This document shows, piece after piece, positions 53,215-55,628 of a stretch of DNA of 55,628 nucleotides. Positions within the stretch are counted from its first letter, which is position 1. Each line of letters begins with the position of its first letter. The DNA is from an uncultured Candidatus Saccharibacteria bacterium (lineage in GTDB: Bacteria; Patescibacteriota; Minisyncoccia; Phycocordibacterales; PALSA-1337): positions 1-55,628 of the forward strand of contig CAZNYP010000002.1 of assembly GCA_964577365.1 (NCBI GenBank), in the 5' to 3' direction. The position numbers and the translations under genes were made by a program. The notes under the pieces are model-generated. The model was not told the DNA's origin. It was given only the letters and a program-made list of their open reading frames with translations, and made no database searches.

Positions 53215-53793
53215 TCAGAGACCGAGCGTAGATTCCAGCACAGTGTATGCCATCTCGATCTGTCCGGAACGATTTTCGACGCGGAAATCGAACTCATTCA
53301 TCCGCGCGAGCTCCTCGATAGCGATTTTCATCCTCGCCTCGATCTGCTCCGCAGTCATGTCTCCGCGAGCATTGAGGCGTCGGCGCGACTCCTCGATACC
53401 AACATGCACGAAGATTGAAGTAATTCCCACCCCGGAAAGACGAGGATTTCCTGCATCCTGGATCAGTGCTCTTCCCTGCACATCGATCGCAAGGATGACA
53501 GTCTTTCCCGCCTGCACAGCCTCGAGGACTGTCGTGATACGGGTGCCATAGCGCTTGCTATGCACACCCGCATGTTCGAGGAATTCGCCAGCATCGACCA
53601 GACGTTGGAATTCTTCCTCCGAGACAAAGTCATAGTCGACTCCGTTTCTTTCACCAGCCCTCATGGCACGGGTGGTGGTCGATCTGGACTGAACATATTC
53701 TGGATGCCGTTCACACAGCATCCGAGTCAGGGTGGATTTGCCGGCCCCAGACGTACCGGAGATGATAAGGATCCCTCCTTTTGGAACATTCAT
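53215..53793 (-). CDS. gmk: guanylate kinase
   Basis: ISGTSGAGKSTL P-loop and TTRAMRAGERNGVDYDFVS signature. Confidence 0.93.
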   Translation of the reverse strand: MNVPKGGILIISGTSGAGKSTLTRMLCERHPEYVQSRSTTTRAMRAGERNGVDYDFVSEEEFQRLVDAGEFLEHAGVHSKRYGTRITTVLEAVQAGKTVILAIDVQGRALIQDAGNPRLSGVGITSIFVHVGIEESRRRLNARGDMTAEQIEARMKIAIEELARMNEFDFRVENRSGQIEMAYTVLESTLGL

Positions 53794-53850
53794 GCCAATC
53801 TGGAGATTAATAGATGCGAGTCGTCATGTCAAACATGCTATAATTTCCGC

Positions 53851-54315
53851 ATGGCTATCGCACCTCTCATAGAGTGGGTCACCCCAGAACATCACCAGAG
53901 CGAAAAAAGTCGCGAGTGGTACTGGGCTGTGGGCATCATTGCTGGTACCGGAGCTATACTCGCTCTTCTCTTTGGAAACAAAATCTTTGCAGTCTTTATC
54001 GTCGTTGGTGCATTTGCCCTCACGCTCAATGCCCACCGCACTCCGCGTCAGCTTCATGTCGAGATCAACGATCGCGGCCTCGTTATCGACAAAACTCTCT
54101 ACCCTTTTCAGCATCTCGAATCATTTTGGATCGATACTGATCATCACGAGCCACGCCTCATCATCAAGTCTCGAAAAACTTTTATGCCTTACCTCTCACT
54201 CATCCTCCGCGACACTGATGATGAGGATGTGCGTCAGATCATGCTCAAATATATCGCCGAGGTAGAACACCCAGAAACACTCGGCAAAAGAATACTGGAA
54301 ATGTTGGGCTTTTAA
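53851..54315 (+). CDS. hypothetical two-TM membrane protein
   Basis: 154 aa from ATG 53851, preceded by TGCTATAAT + 6 nt. The track ORF is extended antisense into gmk. Confidence 0.65.
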   Translation: MAIAPLIEWVTPEHHQSEKSREWYWAVGIIAGTGAILALLFGNKIFAVFIVVGAFALTLNAHRTPRQLHVEINDRGLVIDKTLYPFQHLESFWIDTDHHEPRLIIKSRKTFMPYLSLILRDTDDEDVRQIMLKYIAEVEHPETLGKRILEMLGF

Positions 54316-54334
54316 TGATAGTCTCTGTCATATC

Positions 54335-54406
54335 GCTCCCGTCGTTCAATGGATAGGACACAACTTTGCGGAAGTTGTGATGTAGGTTCGATTCCTACCG
54401 GGAGCA
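54335..54406 (+). tRNA. tRNA-Arg (anticodon GCG)
   Basis: GCTCCCGTCGTTCAATGGATAGGACACAACTTTGCGGAAGTTGTGATGTAGGTTCGATTCCTACCGGGAGCA. Anticodon stem CAACT/AGTTG, loop TTGCGGA. Confidence 0.85.
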
Positions 54407-54407
54407 C

Positions 54408-54881
54408 ATGTTGAAAAAATATTTACCAGAGTTCGTATACGGTGGCATCGATGGCATCATCACGACCTTTGCCGTGATCGCGGGCGCAGTAGGCGCCACC
54501 CTCTCTCCACACATCGTCCTCATTCTCGGTTTTGCAAACCTTTTTGCAGATGGCTTTTCTATGGCCGCATCAAACTATCTTTCACATACCGAGAACAATC
54601 CTGAGCGACATCCTTTCAAAACCGCCCTCGCTACATTTATTTCTTTTGTGGTGATCGGCTTTATTCCCCTCTTCTCTTTTGTATTTTTTGAAACATACCA
54701 GGTTGAGTCTGCAGTAGTACTCACCGCACTCGCATTCCTCATTGTCGGATATATAAAAGGCCATGTCGCAAAACGTCACAAAGGCAGAACGATGCTTGAA
54801 ACAATCGCAATTGGAGGTGTAGCGGCTGTTATTGCGTACTATGCGGGTAGTATTGTCGAGCGTATTGTCTCATCGCTTTAG
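54408..54881 (+). CDS. VIT1/CCC1-family (iron/manganese) transporter-like membrane protein
   Basis: 157 aa; N-terminal EFVYGGIDGIITTFAVIAG is the family signature. The ATG lies 2 nt after the tRNA-Arg discriminator base. Confidence 0.82.
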   Translation: MLKKYLPEFVYGGIDGIITTFAVIAGAVGATLSPHIVLILGFANLFADGFSMAASNYLSHTENNPERHPFKTALATFISFVVIGFIPLFSFVFFETYQVESAVVLTALAFLIVGYIKGHVAKRHKGRTMLETIAIGGVAAVIAYYAGSIVERIVSSL

Positions 54882-55116
54882 TGATCGCCTCGAGACCCTT
54901 TCCCTTTTTTGTCAGTGAGTATCCATCGCCTTTCACTATCATCCCTTCTTTTTCTAAGTTTTGTAATTTAATAGTGAGTGTTCGAGTGCTGATTCCGAGA
55001 GATTCTTCAAGCTCTGTAAATCGTTTTGGTCCAGTCAAAAGATCCCGAACAATGAGTACGGTCGAGTGATCTCCGATGAGAGCGGTCATAGTAGCGATTG
55101 GGCAGACTTTTTTCAT
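54829..55116 (-). CDS. HxlR-family winged-helix transcriptional regulator
   Basis: From ATG 55116: MKKVCPIATMTALIGDHSTVLIVRDLLTGPKRFTELEESLGISTRTLTIKLQNLEKEGMI. Confidence 0.88.
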   Translation of the reverse strand: MKKVCPIATMTALIGDHSTVLIVRDLLTGPKRFTELEESLGISTRTLTIKLQNLEKEGMIVKGDGYSLTKKGKGLEAITKAMRQYARQYYPHSTQ

Positions 55117-55178
55117 ACAAAACTTTACAAAGTAAAGTAACACCGATACAATAGCAGTATTATCAATATATCACAACC

Positions 55179-55628
55179 ATGTCTAAAAAAATTATCGCTA
55201 TCTCAGGAAGTCTAAAAAAGAATTCATACAACACCACATTACTCAATGAGATCAAGACTTTTGTCCCCGATCTCGAGATCCTCTCTATCGCAGACCTCCC
55301 CCTCTTCAATGAAGACCTTGAGGCAAACTTCCCCCCAGCAGCAACAGCCCTAAAACAAAAAATCGAAGCAGCAGATGCAGTCATCTTTGCAACACCTGAA
55401 TATAACCGCTCTATTCCAGGAGTATTAAAAAATGCCATCGATTGGGCATCTCGACCGTGGGGCAAAAACTCTTTTGCTGGCAAACAAGTCCTTGTTATCG
55501 GAGCTTCGATGGGCCCTATTTCAACAGCACTTGCTCAATATGATTTAAAGAAAGTTATGCTCTATCTCGATGCACATGTGATCGGCCAGCCAGAGTTTTA
55601 CCTAGGAACCGCTCAGGACAAGATAAAG
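55179..55628 (+). CDS. NAD(P)H-dependent FMN reductase family protein (3' end outside window)
   Basis: Read by hand: MSKKIIAISGSLKKNSYNTT...AVIFATPEYNRSIPGVLKNAIDWASRP. Open to the window edge (150 codons), so it is absent from the ORF track. Divergent from the HxlR gene, a common pairing. Confidence 0.85.
   Translation, partial: MSKKIIAISGSLKKNSYNTTLLNEIKTFVPDLEILSIADLPLFNEDLEANFPPAATALKQKIEAADAVIFATPEYNRSIPGVLKNAIDWASRPWGKNSFAGKQVLVIGASMGPISTALAQYDLKKVMLYLDAHVIGQPEFYLGTAQDKIK

Noticed and set aside
1-55628. Search for CRISPR arrays, transposases, integrases, prophage genes, toxin-antitoxin pairs or known defence-system genes.
   Set aside because: I found no regularly spaced direct repeats and no recognisable recombinase, transposase, phage structural or defence-enzyme motifs in any ORF. 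The only mobile-element-related gene is the LAGLIDADG-like ORF.

Overview
This is a gene-dense 55.6-kb window from a small bacterial genome, with about 75 CDS, 6 tRNAs and the 5' end of a 23S rRNA, mostly on the minus strand. The content is largely housekeeping:
- Ribosomal proteins L7/L12, L10, L11, L19, S6 and S18.
- secE-nusG, recA, ftsK, efp, ssb, recO, ruvX and gmk.
- Four aminoacyl-tRNA synthetases (Met, Gly, Ile, Arg).
- A thymidylate-cycle cluster (glyA-thyA-dcd plus a RibD_C-type reductase).
- A pilM/N/O-like type IV pilus block.
- A VKOR/DsbA disulfide module.
- Several large secreted or anchored proteins.

A 23S gene without a 16S upstream, a minimal MetRS and RecO, and many lineage-specific surface proteins suggest a reduced-genome, CPR/Patescibacteria-like organism. 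That is an inference, not a demonstrated assignment.

Findings I rate highest:
1. A complete histidine-phosphatase (RHG) domain of about 190 aa is inserted into the catalytic core of IleRS.
2. At least 20 genes have a -10 box, often TGn-extended, ending 6-7 nt before the ATG with no Shine-Dalgarno. This implies mostly leaderless mRNAs.
3. One CDS starts 2 nt after a tRNA.
4. Compositionally foreign GC-rich, Arg-rich single-gene cassettes lack that native promoter geometry. Each has its own terminator and is wedged between housekeeping units.
5. A 250-bp GC-rich unit with its own promoter and terminator is either a small protein gene or an sRNA.

No CRISPR array, transposase, integrase or recognisable defence system was seen.
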